The position numbers were made by a program, and so were the translations under genes. This document shows, piece after piece, positions 20,501 through 32,001 of a DNA stretch of 64,000 nt (position 1 is the first letter of the stretch; every line of letters starts with the position of its first letter). Source of the stretch: an uncultured Planctomycetia bacterium (GTDB lineage Bacteria; Omnitrophota; Gorgyraeia; Duberdicusellales; 4484-171). Under the pieces are notes generated by a model. That model saw nothing but the letters and a program-made list of their open reading frames with translations. It ran no database searches and had not been told where the DNA came from. The DNA is taken from contig CAZAYU010000001.1 in assembly GCA_964489445.1 (NCBI GenBank), forward strand, positions 210,276-274,275, read 5' to 3'.

Positions 20501-20875
20501 TTAGGCCTTAGGTTTTTTCGCCCCGTATTTTGACCGTGAGCTTTTGCGATTTTGCACTCCCTGACAATCAAGTGTACCCCGCACAATATGATAACGTACT
20601 CCCGGAAGATCCTTAACCCGACCACCTCTTACCAAAGCGATAGAGTGTTCTTGCAAGTTATGGCCTTCTCCCGGTATGTAAGCAGTAACTTCTTCCCGAT
20701 TTGTTAGCCTAATCCTAGCAATTTTTCTTAGAGCAGAATTGGGCTTCTTAGGAGTCATTGTCCGAACCTGCACGCACACCCCTCTTCTTTGCGGGCACCC
20801 TTTTAACGCTGGAGACTTACCTTTTTTCTTCTTTAAAACACGACCTTTCCTAATTAACTGAACTATTGTCGGCAT
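20501..20875 (-). CDS. rpsL: 30S ribosomal protein S12
   Basis: 124 aa; [13 protein letters not shown]...[10 protein letters not shown] signature. Confidence 0.97.
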   Translation of the reverse strand: MPTIVQLIRKGRVLKKKKGKSPALKGCPQRRGVCVQVRTMTPKKPNSALRKIARIRLTNREEVTAYIPGEGHNLQEHSIALVRGGRVKDLPGVRYHIVRGTLDCQGVQNRKSSRSKYGAKKPKA

Positions 20876-20913
20876 TGTTTCCTCCCTCTCCTATATCTAC
20901 TATCTTTGATGCA

Positions 20914-20941
20914 ATTATAACTGCATATGTAAAATTTTTAA
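20914..20941 (-). promoter_or_regulatory. Candidate sigma70-type promoter of the str operon (TTAAAA-N16-TATAAT on minus strand)
   Basis: rc of 20914-20941 reads TTAAAA (16 nt) TATAAT in the 71-bp rpoC-rpsL spacer. Confidence 0.3.
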
Positions 20942-20946
20942 TAAAA

Positions 20947-23900
20947 TTAAACCTTCTCTACTTCAACTTTCCGATATCTTTTTAGTCCTGTTCCGGCAGG
21001 AATAAGATGCCCAACAATAACATTTTCCTTTAAGCCTTGTAGCTTATCAACCTTGCCGGCAAAAGCCGCATCTGCTAAAATTCGAGTAGTTTCCTGAAAA
21101 CTAGCCGCAGATATAAAGCTTTTAGTGTTTAGTGATGCCTTGGTAATACCTAACAAAAATGGAGAAGCAGAAGCTGGCTTGCCACCTTTCTTAATAATCT
21201 TTTCGTTCTCTCGGCGAAAATCCCACTTATCAACCCCTTCTCCAGGCAAAAATTCACTGTCCCCAGACTCTACAATTTTTACTTTTTTCAGCATTTCTCG
21301 AATAATTACTTCAATATGTTTATCATTTATGCGAACCCCTTGCAAACGATAGATCTCCTGTATTTCATTTACTAAATGCTCTTGCAACACTTTATCTCCG
21401 CAAACCTTTAAAATATCTTGCAAAACCATTGGACCTTCAGTTAATTGTTGACCAGCCGAAACACAATCTCCTCGATAAACTACTGGATGAGCACCAACTG
21501 GAATAGCATATTCACTAACCATCCCTGTAGTGCTACGTACAATTATCTTACGTTCTCCTCCGCTCTCAGTAAATTCAACAAATCCTTCAATCTCACTGAT
21601 AATTGCTGGATCTTTCGGTCTTCTTGCTTCAAATAGCTCTGCTACTCTAGGTAATCCACCAGTAATATCACGTGTTTTAGCAACTAAGCGAGGTGTTTTA
21701 GCGATAACATCTCCGGCTTCTATCATAGCTTCTTCATCTACCATTACGTGCGCGCCAGTAGGCAAAGGGTAAATACCTAAAACTTCATCACTGTCCGAGA
21801 GAATAAGCACTTTAGGATAATACTCGCCTTTAAATTCAATAACCACTCGTTCTTTTCTGCCAGTAGTCGCATTCATTTCTTCCTGGATAGTTATTTTATT
21901 TATAATGTCTTCATATTTAATACGACCCCCAGTCTCTGCTAAAATTGGAGAAGAATAAGGATCCCATCTTACAAACACTTTATCTTTATCTACTTGTTCA
22001 TTGTCGGCAAACAAAACAACAGAACCTTGAGGAATTGGATTCCTTTGCAGCTCAATTCCGTTAGAATCATTTAAGCTAATCATACCATTACGATTCAATA
22101 CTATGAAATTTTTTCCTTTTGGCACTATCTTAAGACCGTGATACTTAATGTCTCCCTTGTCCCTAGACTTAATAAACGCTCTCGCTGCTATCCGAGATGC
22201 TGTTCCACCAATATGGAATGTGCGCATCGTCAGCTGTGTACCTGGCTCTCCAATAGACTGAGCAGCAATAACACCCACGGCTTCTCCCATTTCTACTAGT
22301 TTTCGATTAGCTAAATTTCTTCCGTAACACTTAACACACACTCCTCTTTCCGATTCGCAAGTTAACACGCTACGAATTCTTATTTTTTCTAGACCCAAGC
22401 GTTCTATTCTATCAGCAACCACTTCGGTAATTTCTTCACCAGCTTTGACAATAACTCCATCGCTAATAATATCCACAATATTGTCCAAGGCCACTCTTCC
22501 AATTATTCTCTCTTTTAAGGAAACAACAACATCTTCCCCTTCTACAATTTCTGACACAGTAATTCCGTTAACTGTACCACAATCATCTTGGATGATGATT
22601 ACCTCTTGAGCAACATCCACTAAACGCCGAGTTAAATATCCAGCGTCAGCAGTTTTCAATGCAGTATCCGCTAGCCCTTTTCTTGCTCCATGCGTTGAGA
22701 TAAAAAATTCTAACACTGATAATCCTTCCTTAAAATTTGAAGTAATCGGAATCTCGATAATCTCTCCGGAAGGCTTAGCCATCAACCCTCTCATTCCAGC
22801 CAATTGCCTTACTTGCAACTTTGACCCTCTTGCCCCAGAATCAGCCATCATAAAAACAGGATTTTCCCGATCCATACTTTTAAATACAAGCTCAGATACC
22901 TTGTCAGTCGTCCTAGTCCATACATCAATGATTTTATTATGTCGTTCACGCTCAGTAATTATCCCTCGACGGTATTGATCTTCCACTTTAGCTAATTCTC
23001 CGGTTGCGTCATCTATATATTCTTGCTTTTGCTGAGGAATAACCAAATCGTCAATAGCAATACTTACCCCACCTAAAGTGGCGTACTCAAAGCCTAATGT
23101 TTTTATAGCATCTAAAAGCTTAACTACTTCACTATGCCCAAATTTTTTATAGCACTCACTAATAATTTCGGAAACACATTTCTTGTCTAACGGTTCATTT
23201 ACATATCTAAACCCCTTTGGCAATATTTCGTTAAAAATAACTCTACCCGTAGTAGTTTCAACTATCTTATTTTCATCACCATCTTGAACCCGTAATTTAA
23301 CCTTAGCATGCAGCTCTACTTCTTCGTCCTGATAAGCAGTAAATACTTCTTCTGTATTAGAAAAAATTATCCCGGCTCCGTGACAATTTTTCCGCTCAAT
23401 AGTTAAATATCGACAGCCAACAATCATATCCTGGCTAGGAGCAATTACCGGACGTCCATCTGACGGCGAAAATATATTATTTATCGACAACATCATAATT
23501 TTACACTCAGCCTGCGCCTCTAAAGACAAAGGAAGATGAACTGCCATTTGGTCTCCATCAAAATCAGCATTAAACGCCGCACAAACTAGAGGATGTAACT
23601 TTATTGCTTTTCCTTCTACTAAAACAGGATAAAAAGCCTGTACACTTAAACGATGAAGCGTGGGTGCACGATTTAATAATACAGGATGCCCTTTGATTAC
23701 ATCCTCTAAAATATCCCAAACTTCAACTCTCGCCCTCTCTACCATTCTCCGAGCCCCTTTTATAGTATGCACAAAACCTTTTTCTCTTAACTTCTTAATA
23801 ATAAATGGCTCCACCAATTCTAAAGCCATCTGTTTTGGTAGTCCGCATTGATGTAATTTTAATTCTGGACCAACAACTATTACACTTCTTCCCGAATAGT

Positions 23901-24912
23901 CAACACGTTTTCCTAAAAGATTTTGGCGAAAACGTCCTTGCTTACCCTTTAACATATCCGAAAGGCTTTTTAACGGACGATTTTGCGGACCAACAACCGG
24001 CCGTCCGTGACGTCCGTTTTCAATCACCGCATCTACTGCTTCCTGAAGCATTCTTTTTTCGTTACGAATGATAATATCTGGAGCTCCCAAACTCATTAAT
24101 TTTTTCAAACGATTATTCCGATTTATTACTCTTCGATAAAGGTCATTAAGATCTGAAGAAGCAAACCTGCCCCCATCAAGAGGAACTAGAGGCCGTAAAT
24201 CAGGAGGGATAACCGGCAACGCTTTCAACACTACCCATTCCGGACTATTGCCTGAGCGACGTAAGTCTTCAATTATCTTCAACCTTTTGAATAGTCTTTT
24301 ATTTAAGCCAACTTTTCCTTTTGCAATATTTTTACGTACTGCTTTGCTCAACTTTTCTAAGTCAGTTTCTTTTAACAATTCTTCAATTGCCGCAGCTCCA
24401 GTACCAGTCTTCAACTCGTTAGGATATTTATCCATATTTTCTCGATACTCTGTTTCACTAAGCAACTGATTTTTTTTAAGTTTTGTTTTCCCAGGGTCAA
24501 TAACAATGTGCTCCTCATAATAGATAACCTTTTCCAGTTGTTTGATACTCAAGTCTAAAATAGCACCAACTCGAGAAGGAAGCACTTTAAAAAACCAAAT
24601 ATGAGCAACTGGAGCAGCCAATTCAATATGTCCCATGCGCTGGCGGCGAACCGAAGAGTGTAATACCTCTACACCACAACGATCACATTTTGTTCCTTTG
24701 AATTTTAGCCCTTTCAACTTCCCGCAATGGCACTCCCAATCCTTTATTGGACCAAATATTCTTTCGCAAAATAAACCATCTTTCTCCGGTTTTAGCGTGC
24801 GATAATTTAAGGTCTCTGCTTTTTTTATCTCACCAGAAGACCAGCTTTTTATAACATGGAGAGGAGCCAATTTTATGCTTATTTGATCAAAAAAAACATC
24901 TTTTTCAATCAT
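20947..24912 (-). CDS. rpoC: DNA-directed RNA polymerase subunit beta-prime
   Basis: 1321 aa; Zn-finger [28 protein letters not shown] catalytic motif; start overlaps rpoB stop by 1 nt. Confidence 0.97.
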   Translation of the reverse strand: MIEKDVFFDQISIKLAPLHVIKSWSSGEIKKAETLNYRTLKPEKDGLFCERIFGPIKDWECHCGKLKGLKFKGTKCDRCGVEVLHSSVRRQRMGHIELAAPVAHIWFFKVLPSRVGAILDLSIKQLEKVIYYEEHIVIDPGKTKLKKNQLLSETEYRENMDKYPNELKTGTGAAAIEELLKETDLEKLSKAVRKNIAKGKVGLNKRLFKRLKIIEDLRRSGNSPEWVVLKALPVIPPDLRPLVPLDGGRFASSDLNDLYRRVINRNNRLKKLMSLGAPDIIIRNEKRMLQEAVDAVIENGRHGRPVVGPQNRPLKSLSDMLKGKQGRFRQNLLGKRVDYSGRSVIVVGPELKLHQCGLPKQMALELVEPFIIKKLREKGFVHTIKGARRMVERARVEVWDILEDVIKGHPVLLNRAPTLHRLSVQAFYPVLVEGKAIKLHPLVCAAFNADFDGDQMAVHLPLSLEAQAECKIMMLSINNIFSPSDGRPVIAPSQDMIVGCRYLTIERKNCHGAGIIFSNTEEVFTAYQDEEVELHAKVKLRVQDGDENKIVETTTGRVIFNEILPKGFRYVNEPLDKKCVSEIISECYKKFGHSEVVKLLDAIKTLGFEYATLGGVSIAIDDLVIPQQKQEYIDDATGELAKVEDQYRRGIITERERHNKIIDVWTRTTDKVSELVFKSMDRENPVFMMADSGARGSKLQVRQLAGMRGLMAKPSGEIIEIPITSNFKEGLSVLEFFISTHGARKGLADTALKTADAGYLTRRLVDVAQEVIIIQDDCGTVNGITVSEIVEGEDVVVSLKERIIGRVALDNIVDIISDGVIVKAGEEITEVVADRIERLGLEKIRIRSVLTCESERGVCVKCYGRNLANRKLVEMGEAVGVIAAQSIGEPGTQLTMRTFHIGGTASRIAARAFIKSRDKGDIKYHGLKIVPKGKNFIVLNRNGMISLNDSNGIELQRNPIPQGSVVLFADNEQVDKDKVFVRWDPYSSPILAETGGRIKYEDIINKITIQEEMNATTGRKERVVIEFKGEYYPKVLILSDSDEVLGIYPLPTGAHVMVDEEAMIEAGDVIAKTPRLVAKTRDITGGLPRVAELFEARRPKDPAIISEIEGFVEFTESGGERKIIVRSTTGMVSEYAIPVGAHPVVYRGDCVSAGQQLTEGPMVLQDILKVCGDKVLQEHLVNEIQEIYRLQGVRINDKHIEVIIREMLKKVKIVESGDSEFLPGEGVDKWDFRRENEKIIKKGGKPASASPFLLGITKASLNTKSFISAASFQETTRILADAAFAGKVDKLQGLKENVIVGHLIPAGTGLKRYRKVEVEKV

Positions 24913-27900
24913 TATTTACTCTCCTTAATTTTTATTGCCTTCTCTGCCCGTATATCTAAACAAAGGCCCTGTAATTCTTTTATCAACACATTAAAAGATT
25001 CGGGAACGGAAGGATGAAATTTTTGTTCACCCCTGACTATTGCCTCATAAATTCGTGTTCTTCCTTCTACATCATCACTTTTTACAGTAAGCATTTCTTG
25101 AAGTGTAAAAGCCGCACCATAAGCTTCTAAAGCCCACACTTCCATTTCTCCAAAACGTTGTCCACCAAACTGTGCTTTCCCACCTAATGGCTGTTGTGTT
25201 ATTAACGAGTAAGGACCAATAGCTCGTGCATGAATTTTATCGTCAATCATATGGTTTAATTTCATTATATACATATATCCGACACCAGCCTTCTGTAAAA
25301 ATAATTTTCCTGTATGCCCATCGTAAAGTGAAACCTTACCACTTTCTGCTAAACCACCCTTCCTCAATAATTCTTTTATGTCATCAATAGTTGCACCATC
25401 AAAAGCAGGAGAAATAGCATTTATTCCTAATTTTTTTGCAGCCCAACCAAGGTGCATCTCTAACAGCTGACCAACATTCATTCGCGACGGAACCCCTAGA
25501 GGATTTAAAATTAAATCTACCGGAGTGCCATCCTCTAAAAAAGGCATGTCTTCTTCCGGTAAAATTCTTGAAATAACTCCTTTATTCCCGTGACGACCAG
25601 AAAGTTTATCTCCAGCTGATATTTTTCTTTTCATCGCCACAAACACCACTACTCTTTTCAAAACACCAGCAGGCAACTCATCACCTTTCTTAATCTTTGC
25701 TAATTCTAAATCTCTTTCAATCATCAACTCATTTAACCGATCATCATAAATCGCAAGTATTGAGCGAGCATCTTCATTTTCTTCACAGTTAGCCGCTGTA
25801 ATTTTCTTCTCGTTTTTACCTAAGGCCATGCTTAACCGTCTGGCTTTTTCCCGCTCCAGCAATTCCTTTTCCTCCGCGTAATATTTTTCAATTTCTTTTG
25901 TTCTTTTTATTTCCTCAGTTTTCTCTTTCTTAGTTCGTCGCCCTTTGTCTTTCCTTTGAAAAACTTCAACATCGATAACCACCCCATACACACCTGGCGG
26001 AACACGCAAGGAAGTATCTCGAACATCCGCAGCTTTTTCACCAAATATTGCTCGTAATAATCTCTCTTCAGGAGAAAGTTCCTTCTCAGTTTTTGGAGTT
26101 ACTCTTCCCACTAAAATATCATCGGGTCCTACTTCCGCTCCGATTCTCACAACTCCTTGGTCATCAAGATTACTTAAAGTTTCTTCGTTAACATTAGGGA
26201 TATCCCGAGTAACTTCTTCATTTCCTAATCTAGTTTCTCGAGCTTCAATTCCAAATTTTTCGATATGCACAGATGTAAGTACATCATCTTTTACTAACCG
26301 CTCATTAATGATGATTGCGTCTTCAAAGTTGTACCCTCTCCAGGGCACAAACGCAACCAAGATGTTCGTACCTAACGCTAATTCTTCATTTTTAGTAGCC
26401 ATCCCGTCAGCAAGAACCATCCCTTTTTTTACTTCATCACCCTTTCTAACTACCGGCCTTTGGTTGATACAAGTATCCGCGTTGGAACGAGTAAATTTTT
26501 TTAATTTATAACTAAAGTTATTAATTTTTATCGTTGCTGCATCTACTTCAGTAGCCTCCCCTGTTTCTTTGCTGGTTAAAGCAACTCCACTATCAACGGC
26601 AACTGTTTTTTCCATGCCAGTGCCTACAAGCGGCTGCTGAGGAAAAAGAAGCGGAACAGCCTGCCTCTGCATATTCGACCCCATTAGCGCCCGATTAGCA
26701 TCATCATGTTCTAGAAACGGGATTAACGCTGCAGAAACAGATATGATTTGTTGAGGAGAAATATCCATATATTCAAGATCATTCGGTTTTACCCTTGGAA
26801 ACTTGCCTTTACAACGTGCATAAACTTTTTTATCAGTAATAACGCCTTCGCTACTAATATTTTCTGTTACCTGAGCAATCATCTTGATCTCTTCTTCATC
26901 ACTTACCAAATAATCGATTTTGTCGGAAACCTTACCGCCCTCTACTCTCCGATACGGCGTGGTGAGAAATCCTAAAGGATTAATCCGTGAGTAGATTGTT
27001 AGTGAAGATAAAAGGCCAATATTCGCTCCTTCCGGAGTTTCAATGGGGCATATTTTTCCATAATGAGTGGGATGAACATCTCTAACTTCAAAGCCCGCCC
27101 TTTCTCTTGATAATCCTCCTGGCCCCATCGCTGAAAGCCTACGCTTATGTGTTACCTCTGCTAAGGGATTAGTTTGATCCATAAATTGAGAAAGCGGAGA
27201 ACGTGCAAAAAAATCCTGAATTTGAGTAGAAAAAGCCCTCGAATTAATTAGATGTTGGATAGAAAAACCATTTGAAGCAATAAGTGAGTACCTCTCCATA
27301 AAAGTCCTTTCTACACGCAACAAACCAATCCTTACTTGATGCTGCAATAGCTCTCCGATAAGTTTTACCCTTCGATTAGCAAGGTGATCAATGTCGTCAA
27401 CATCTCTTTTTCCTGCTTTTACATTAAGCAAAACTTTAATTATCTCCACGAGAGTAGGAAGATCCAATGTTCTTTTATTGGAAGAAACATCCATTTTCAA
27501 TTTTTTATTCATGATATAACGGCCGACCTTTCCCAAATCATAACGCCGTGGATCCAAAAACATTCGTCTGAATACTTCCTTAGCAGCTTCTAATGTAACT
27601 GGCTCGGTTGGTCTCATTTTTTTATAGAAATCTAAGTATGCTTCTTCTTTGTTCGCTGTGTAGTCTTTTTTAACTGTATTTACAATTTCTGGATAAGGTT
27701 TATCGGAAAACTTTTGATAGATATCATCATCCGAGGAAAGACCCATTATCCGCAAAATCTGGGTAACCGGAAATGTCCTACGACGATCAACAATAGCACT
27801 GATCGTATCATTTACATCAGCTCTAAATTCCACCCAATAGCCTCGATAAGGAATAATCCGGGCAAAATAAATACGCTTTCCCGTAGGATGAATTTCCTCA

Positions 27901-28343
27901 TCAAAAAATACACCCGGAGAGCGTTGTAGCTGACTGATAATTGCTCTTTCATCTCCGTTTATAACAAACGACGCACTGTCAGTCATCAAAGGAATATCTC
28001 CTAAATAAATTTCCTGTTCACGAATCTCTTGAGATGGCCCAAGCAATCGTAAGCAAACCCGCAAAGGAGCCGCATATGTTTGTGCCCTTCTTTTACACTC
28101 TTCGATGCTGTAACGCGCACGGCTTAAACTATATGATATGTACTCTAGGCGATATTGTTTATCTGGACTTTCCATCGGAAATATTTCCTGCAATATTTCC
28201 TGGATTCCTAAACGTTTTCTTTTTTCCGGCAAAACATTTACCTGAAGAAAGTCTCGGTAGGAATATATCTGATGATCAAGAAAATGAGGCGCAGAAACAC
28301 TTTTTTTAATTTTAGCAAAGGATATTTTTTTTACTTTTTTCAA
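24912..28343 (-). CDS. rpoB: DNA-directed RNA polymerase subunit beta (TTG start)
   Basis: 1143 aa; start codon TTG (rc of 28341-28343) preceded by AGAGGAGGA SD; conserved beta-subunit blocks. Confidence 0.97.
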   Translation of the reverse strand: MKKVKKISFAKIKKSVSAPHFLDHQIYSYRDFLQVNVLPEKRKRLGIQEILQEIFPMESPDKQYRLEYISYSLSRARYSIEECKRRAQTYAAPLRVCLRLLGPSQEIREQEIYLGDIPLMTDSASFVINGDERAIISQLQRSPGVFFDEEIHPTGKRIYFARIIPYRGYWVEFRADVNDTISAIVDRRRTFPVTQILRIMGLSSDDDIYQKFSDKPYPEIVNTVKKDYTANKEEAYLDFYKKMRPTEPVTLEAAKEVFRRMFLDPRRYDLGKVGRYIMNKKLKMDVSSNKRTLDLPTLVEIIKVLLNVKAGKRDVDDIDHLANRRVKLIGELLQHQVRIGLLRVERTFMERYSLIASNGFSIQHLINSRAFSTQIQDFFARSPLSQFMDQTNPLAEVTHKRRLSAMGPGGLSRERAGFEVRDVHPTHYGKICPIETPEGANIGLLSSLTIYSRINPLGFLTTPYRRVEGGKVSDKIDYLVSDEEEIKMIAQVTENISSEGVITDKKVYARCKGKFPRVKPNDLEYMDISPQQIISVSAALIPFLEHDDANRALMGSNMQRQAVPLLFPQQPLVGTGMEKTVAVDSGVALTSKETGEATEVDAATIKINNFSYKLKKFTRSNADTCINQRPVVRKGDEVKKGMVLADGMATKNEELALGTNILVAFVPWRGYNFEDAIIINERLVKDDVLTSVHIEKFGIEARETRLGNEEVTRDIPNVNEETLSNLDDQGVVRIGAEVGPDDILVGRVTPKTEKELSPEERLLRAIFGEKAADVRDTSLRVPPGVYGVVIDVEVFQRKDKGRRTKKEKTEEIKRTKEIEKYYAEEKELLEREKARRLSMALGKNEKKITAANCEENEDARSILAIYDDRLNELMIERDLELAKIKKGDELPAGVLKRVVVFVAMKRKISAGDKLSGRHGNKGVISRILPEEDMPFLEDGTPVDLILNPLGVPSRMNVGQLLEMHLGWAAKKLGINAISPAFDGATIDDIKELLRKGGLAESGKVSLYDGHTGKLFLQKAGVGYMYIMKLNHMIDDKIHARAIGPYSLITQQPLGGKAQFGGQRFGEMEVWALEAYGAAFTLQEMLTVKSDDVEGRTRIYEAIVRGEQKFHPSVPESFNVLIKELQGLCLDIRAEKAIKIKESK

Positions 28344-28433
28344 TTCTTAATCCTCCTCTTAACACAACATAAAAACTCAGATCCAATTTAGACACCTGTC
28401 ACTCTAGGAATTTATTCTGCTTTTAAAACCTGA

Positions 28434-28808
28434 CTACTTTAACTCTACGGTTGCACCAGCAGCTTCTAACCTTTTCTTAAGTTCTTCAGATTCTTCCTTG
28501 GTAACATTTTCTTTTACCGGCTTAGGAGCAGAATCAGCAAGTTCTTTAGCCTCTCTTAACCCTAGCTCAGTTATTGCTCTTATTTCTTTAATAACCGCTA
28601 TTTTATTTGCACCTACACCAGTCAACACTACTGTAAATGCCGTTTTTTCTTCCTCTTCTTCGACAGCAGCAGAAGCACCCCCTGCCTGCACCATTGCTGG
28701 GGCACTAGCAGTAACTCCAAATTTTTCTTCACAGGCTTTTACTAACTCCGAAAGCTCCAAAACAGTCATTTCCCCTATCGCTTTTAAAATATCTTCTGTT
28801 TTCGACAT
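28434..28808 (-). CDS. rplL: 50S ribosomal protein L7/L12
   Basis: 124 aa; Ala/Glu-rich hinge and CTD ...[10 protein letters not shown]... Confidence 0.96.
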   Translation of the reverse strand: MSKTEDILKAIGEMTVLELSELVKACEEKFGVTASAPAMVQAGGASAAVEEEEEKTAFTVVLTGVGANKIAVIKEIRAITELGLREAKELADSAPKPVKENVTKEESEELKKRLEAAGATVELK

Positions 28809-28823
28809 AACAACCCCCTTTTA

Positions 28824-29348
28824 CTATTTATTTTTTTTTATCTCTTCTATTGTCCAAACAAATTTCAATATTACCTGATTCAAGCTAGAAAGAAATCCAG
28901 TCAACGGTGAAACAATAGCCGACAACGCCATGCCTAAAAGAACATCCTTGGAAGGAAGATTAGCCAAGCCTGCCACCTCTTTGCTGGTAAGCCTTTGCAA
29001 TCCTACTACGGCACCCTTTAAATTTAGACATTCATTTTCTTTGGCAAAATCAACAATAATTTTAGCAGCTTCAACTACATTCTCACCGGACACAAAAATA
29101 ATGCCGGTTTCTAAATCTAAAAACTCATTTAGGTCTTCTCTTCCAGAAGAACTAAACGCCCTTTTGAACAAAGAATTCTTTGTTGCAAAAATAGAAGATT
29201 CAACCTGTCTAAGATTATTTCGCAAAACATTAAGCGGGAAAGCTCCAATTTTATTAAAACTAATAAATATAAATCCATTTGCATTAGTAATCTTCCCTGC
29301 TAGTTCTTCAATAATGTACTTTTTGGTTAATAAGCCTATTTTTTCCAT
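28824..29348 (-). CDS. rplJ: 50S ribosomal protein L10
   Basis: 174 aa; position L11-L1-L10-L7/L12. Confidence 0.95.
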   Translation of the reverse strand: MEKIGLLTKKYIIEELAGKITNANGFIFISFNKIGAFPLNVLRNNLRQVESSIFATKNSLFKRAFSSSGREDLNEFLDLETGIIFVSGENVVEAAKIIVDFAKENECLNLKGAVVGLQRLTSKEVAGLANLPSKDVLLGMALSAIVSPLTGFLSSLNQVILKFVWTIEEIKKNK

Positions 29349-29370
29349 AATACCTTCCTATAATACTTAG

Positions 29371-30054
29371 TTAAACATTAACTTGCATTGACGGACTCAT
29401 CGTTGATGATAAGTAAATGCTTCCGATAAAATCACCTTTAACCGATTGCGGACGCGCAGATCGGAGAGCTTCCATAAAAGCAGTAATATTCTCAATTAAC
29501 GCTTGTTTATCAAAAGATAATTTACCCACACCAACATGAATACACCCAAATTTATCCATTCGAAAATCTATCTTCCCTCTTTTTGCCTCACCTATCGCAT
29601 AGCTTACATTATCAGTTACCGTACCAACTTTCGGCGAAGGCATCAGCCCTCTAGGTCCTAAAAATTTACCTAGTTTGCTTACTGACCTCATCATTGAAGG
29701 TGACGCGATACAACAATCAAAATCAGCCCATCCCTCTTTGAGAATTTTATCAATAATTTGATCCGACCCAATATAATCAGCACCAGCAGCTTGAGCCTCC
29801 TTTTCTTTTTCCGGTTCGCAGAATACAAGTACTTTTATTTTTTTTCCAGTTCCGTTAGGAAGCATTACAGAGCTTCTGACCATCTGGTCAGATTGTTTGG
29901 GATCAGCTCCCAATTTACCACTAAGCTCTACGGTCTCATCAAATTTAACATGGGGCAAACTCTTTAAAAGAGAAATCGCATCTTCTACACTATAGACTTT
30001 ACGGCTATCAACTAATTTTTCTGCTTCCAAATATCGTTTACTTACTTTCATCAT
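29371..30054 (-). CDS. rplA: 50S ribosomal protein L1
   Basis: ORF track starts at 30081 ([17 protein letters not shown]...); homologs begin near [12 protein letters not shown], so start 30051-30054 likely. Overlaps rplK 3' end by about 14 nt. Confidence 0.94.
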   Translation of the reverse strand: MMKVSKRYLEAEKLVDSRKVYSVEDAISLLKSLPHVKFDETVELSGKLGADPKQSDQMVRSSVMLPNGTGKKIKVLVFCEPEKEKEAQAAGADYIGSDQIIDKILKEGWADFDCCIASPSMMRSVSKLGKFLGPRGLMPSPKVGTVTDNVSYAIGEAKRGKIDFRMDKFGCIHVGVGKLSFDKQALIENITAFMEALRSARPQSVKGDFIGSIYLSSTMSPSMQVNV

Positions 30055-30511
30055 TAATCTCCTGGATATTGTTGCCATCAACCACTTTAATGCCGCAGCT
30101 TCTTGCTGTACCTTCTACAATTTTCACAGCACTTTCCAGATTGAAAGTATTTAAGTCGGTCATCTTTTCTTTAGCAATTTCCTTCACTGCTTTTTTAGTA
30201 ACTTCACCAATAATTTCCTTTCCGGGCTGCGAACTTGCTTTAGCTAAATTGGCTGCCCGTTTAAGCAAAAAGGAAACCGGAGGACTTTTAACAATAAAAT
30301 CAAACGACTTATTTTCGTAAACATTAATTATAACCGGCAACACAATGCCTTCTTTCTGCTTAGTCGCCTCGTTAAATGATTTACAAAATTGCATTATGTT
30401 TAAACCATGTTGTCCTAGTGCTGGGCCAACAGGCGGAGCAGGATTAGCGCTTCCTGCCGGAATCTGCAGTTTTATTTGTTTAATTGGTTTCTTTTTTTTC
30501 TTTTTTGCCAT
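30038..30511 (-). CDS. rplK: 50S ribosomal protein L11
   Basis: 157 aa; [36 protein letters not shown] signature. Confidence 0.96.
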   Translation of the reverse strand: MAKKKKKKPIKQIKLQIPAGSANPAPPVGPALGQHGLNIMQFCKSFNEATKQKEGIVLPVIINVYENKSFDFIVKSPPVSFLLKRAANLAKASSQPGKEIIGEVTKKAVKEIAKEKMTDLNTFNLESAVKIVEGTARSCGIKVVDGNNIQEINDESK

Positions 30512-30551
30512 CTTTTACTCCAAAGTTATTTTCTTTTAAATTTCTTTTAAG

Positions 30552-31079
30552 TTAAATACGTTCAACTTGCCAAAATTCAAGCTCTACCGGCGTTACCCTG
30601 CCAAAGATAGAAACATTTACTCTTAGCCTACCCTTCTCTGGAAGAACTTCTTCAACTGCCCCGCTAAAATTAAGAAACGGACCTTCAATAACCCGAACAC
30701 TTTCATTTCTTTCAAAGGTTACTTTTTGTGCGGGTTTTGCTTTACTTTCTTCAGCTTTAGTTAAGATACGATCTACTTCCTCTTGAGATATTGGGGAGGG
30801 TTTTCGGCGCGGACCAATAAACGCCGTGACACCTGGAGTTTTACGTACAAACAACCATGTATCATCGTTCATTTCCATATGAATCAACATATACCCGGGA
30901 AAAAATTTTCTTTCGGAAACTTTCCGTTTTCCAAGTTTAACTTCTGTAATCTGCTCTTTAGGAATAATAACGCTATCGATTAACTCTTGATAGCCCTTAG
31001 CCTCAATCGCAATTTCTAGATTTGTCTTAGTTTTATTCTCAGCACCACTGAGCGTATGTAAAATATACCACTGCTTCAT
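30552..31079 (-). CDS. nusG: Transcription termination/antitermination factor NusG
   Basis: 175 aa; NGN domain MKQWYILHTLSGAENK and C-terminal KOW. Confidence 0.95.
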   Translation of the reverse strand: MKQWYILHTLSGAENKTKTNLEIAIEAKGYQELIDSVIIPKEQITEVKLGKRKVSERKFFPGYMLIHMEMNDDTWLFVRKTPGVTAFIGPRRKPSPISQEEVDRILTKAEESKAKPAQKVTFERNESVRVIEGPFLNFSGAVEEVLPEKGRLRVNVSIFGRVTPVELEFWQVERI

Positions 31080-31082
31080 ATA

Positions 31083-31277
31083 TTACCTCAAAACAAGCTG
31101 CATTAGTTTAGACAACCCTAAATCAACAGCAAAGATATAAGAAGTCATCAACCCGGAAACGATAAAAACAATAACTGAAGCTGTTGTCAGCTCTTTCCGG
31201 GAAGGCCAATTAATATTTTTTAGTTCTTCCCTAACTTCCTTGAAAAATTTTGGTATTTTTTTAAAGCGCTTAACCAT
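31083..31277 (-). CDS. secE: Preprotein translocase subunit SecE
   Basis: 64 aa, single C-terminal TM helix; directly upstream of nusG. Confidence 0.93.
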   Translation of the reverse strand: MVKRFKKIPKFFKEVREELKNINWPSRKELTTASVIVFIVSGLMTSYIFAVDLGLSKLMQLVLR

Positions 31278-31304
31278 TATGAAATCATTTTAGTGTTTTT
31301 TACA

Positions 31305-31378
31305 CAGGCGAGGCAGGAGTTGAACCTGCAACCCCCGGTTTTGGAGACCGGTGCTCTAGCCAATTGAGCTACTCGCCT
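31305..31378 (-). tRNA. trnW: tRNA-Trp (anticodon CCA)
   Basis: rc gives AGGCGAG-TA-GCTC-AATTGGCTA-GAGC-A-CCGGT-CTCCAAA-ACCGG-GGGTT-GCAGG-TTCAACT-CCTGC-CTCGCCT-G; cloverleaf with 7/4/5/5-bp stems, anticodon loop CU-CCA-AA; CCA not encoded. Confidence 0.9.
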
Positions 31379-31437
31379 TCAACTCTAAAAACTCACCTGC
31401 TTAAAACAGGATGTATCAAAAAACCATTATCCCCGCT

Positions 31438-31590
31438 TTAGACTTTAGATTCTTTATGTACAGTATGCTTACGATCAAAACGGCAATATTTTTTTATCGA
31501 AAGTTTTTCCGGATGCTTCCGCTTATTCTTAGTAGTATAATAATTTTTTCTTTTGCAATCTGTACAAGCTAACGCAATTAATTCTCTCAT
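31438..31590 (-). CDS. rpmG: 50S ribosomal protein L33
   Basis: 50-aa ORF below ORF-track cutoff: MRELIALACTDCKRKNYYTTKNKRKHPEKLSIKKYCRFDRKHTVHKESKV; classic L33 pattern (NYxTTKNKR..L..KKYC...HT.HKE); between tRNA-Thr and tRNA-Trp upstream of secE-nusG. Confidence 0.88.
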   Translation of the reverse strand: MRELIALACTDCKRKNYYTTKNKRKHPEKLSIKKYCRFDRKHTVHKESKV

Positions 31591-31699
31591 AATAATTTAG
31601 ATTAATATAAAAACAATAAGGCTCTTTACGGCCCCCTCTTGCTTTTAGTGTGCTACTTTATTTTTTTGATTCTTACACCCTTGTTTAGCTTACTTCCTA

Positions 31700-31772
31700 A
31701 GCCTGGAGCGGGAGTTGAACCCACGACCTCGTCCTTACCAAGGACGTGCTCTGCCAACTGAGCTATCCAGGC
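31700..31772 (-). tRNA. trnT: tRNA-Thr (anticodon GGT)
   Basis: rc gives GCCTGGA-TA-GCTC-AGTTGGCA-GAGC-A-CGTCC-TTGGTAA-GGACG-AGGTC-GTGGG-TTCAACT-CCCGC-TCCAGGC-T. Confidence 0.9.
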
Positions 31773-31843
31773 AAAAATACGAGGTATTTTATATTGGAAT
31801 AATCTGATTATCTTGCTGAATGCGAAAACCCATAAACCATAGA

Positions 31844-31871
31844 ATCATACTATAAACAAGATTTTTGTCAA
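31844..31871 (-). promoter_or_regulatory. Near-consensus sigma70-type promoter upstream of tRNA-Thr/rpmG/tRNA-Trp/secE cluster
   Basis: rc of 31844-31871 = TTGACA (16 nt) TATGAT; about 70 nt upstream of tRNA-Thr 5' end. Confidence 0.45.
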
Positions 31872-32001
31872 GAAAAAAATATAAAATTTTAAATTATTAG
31901 CTTATCCAAAACACAAATGCCACAAATTATTCATTTTTACTTGTGTCTGTCTCGAGCTTTTTACCTAATATTATTCACGCAGACAATGAAAAATATAGCA
32001 A

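Noticed and set aside
20425-20625. 66-aa minus-strand ORF overlapping the rpsL 3' end and rpsG 5' region
   Set aside because: Alternative frame across two conserved ribosomal genes and the short spacer; Arg/Lys-rich artefact.
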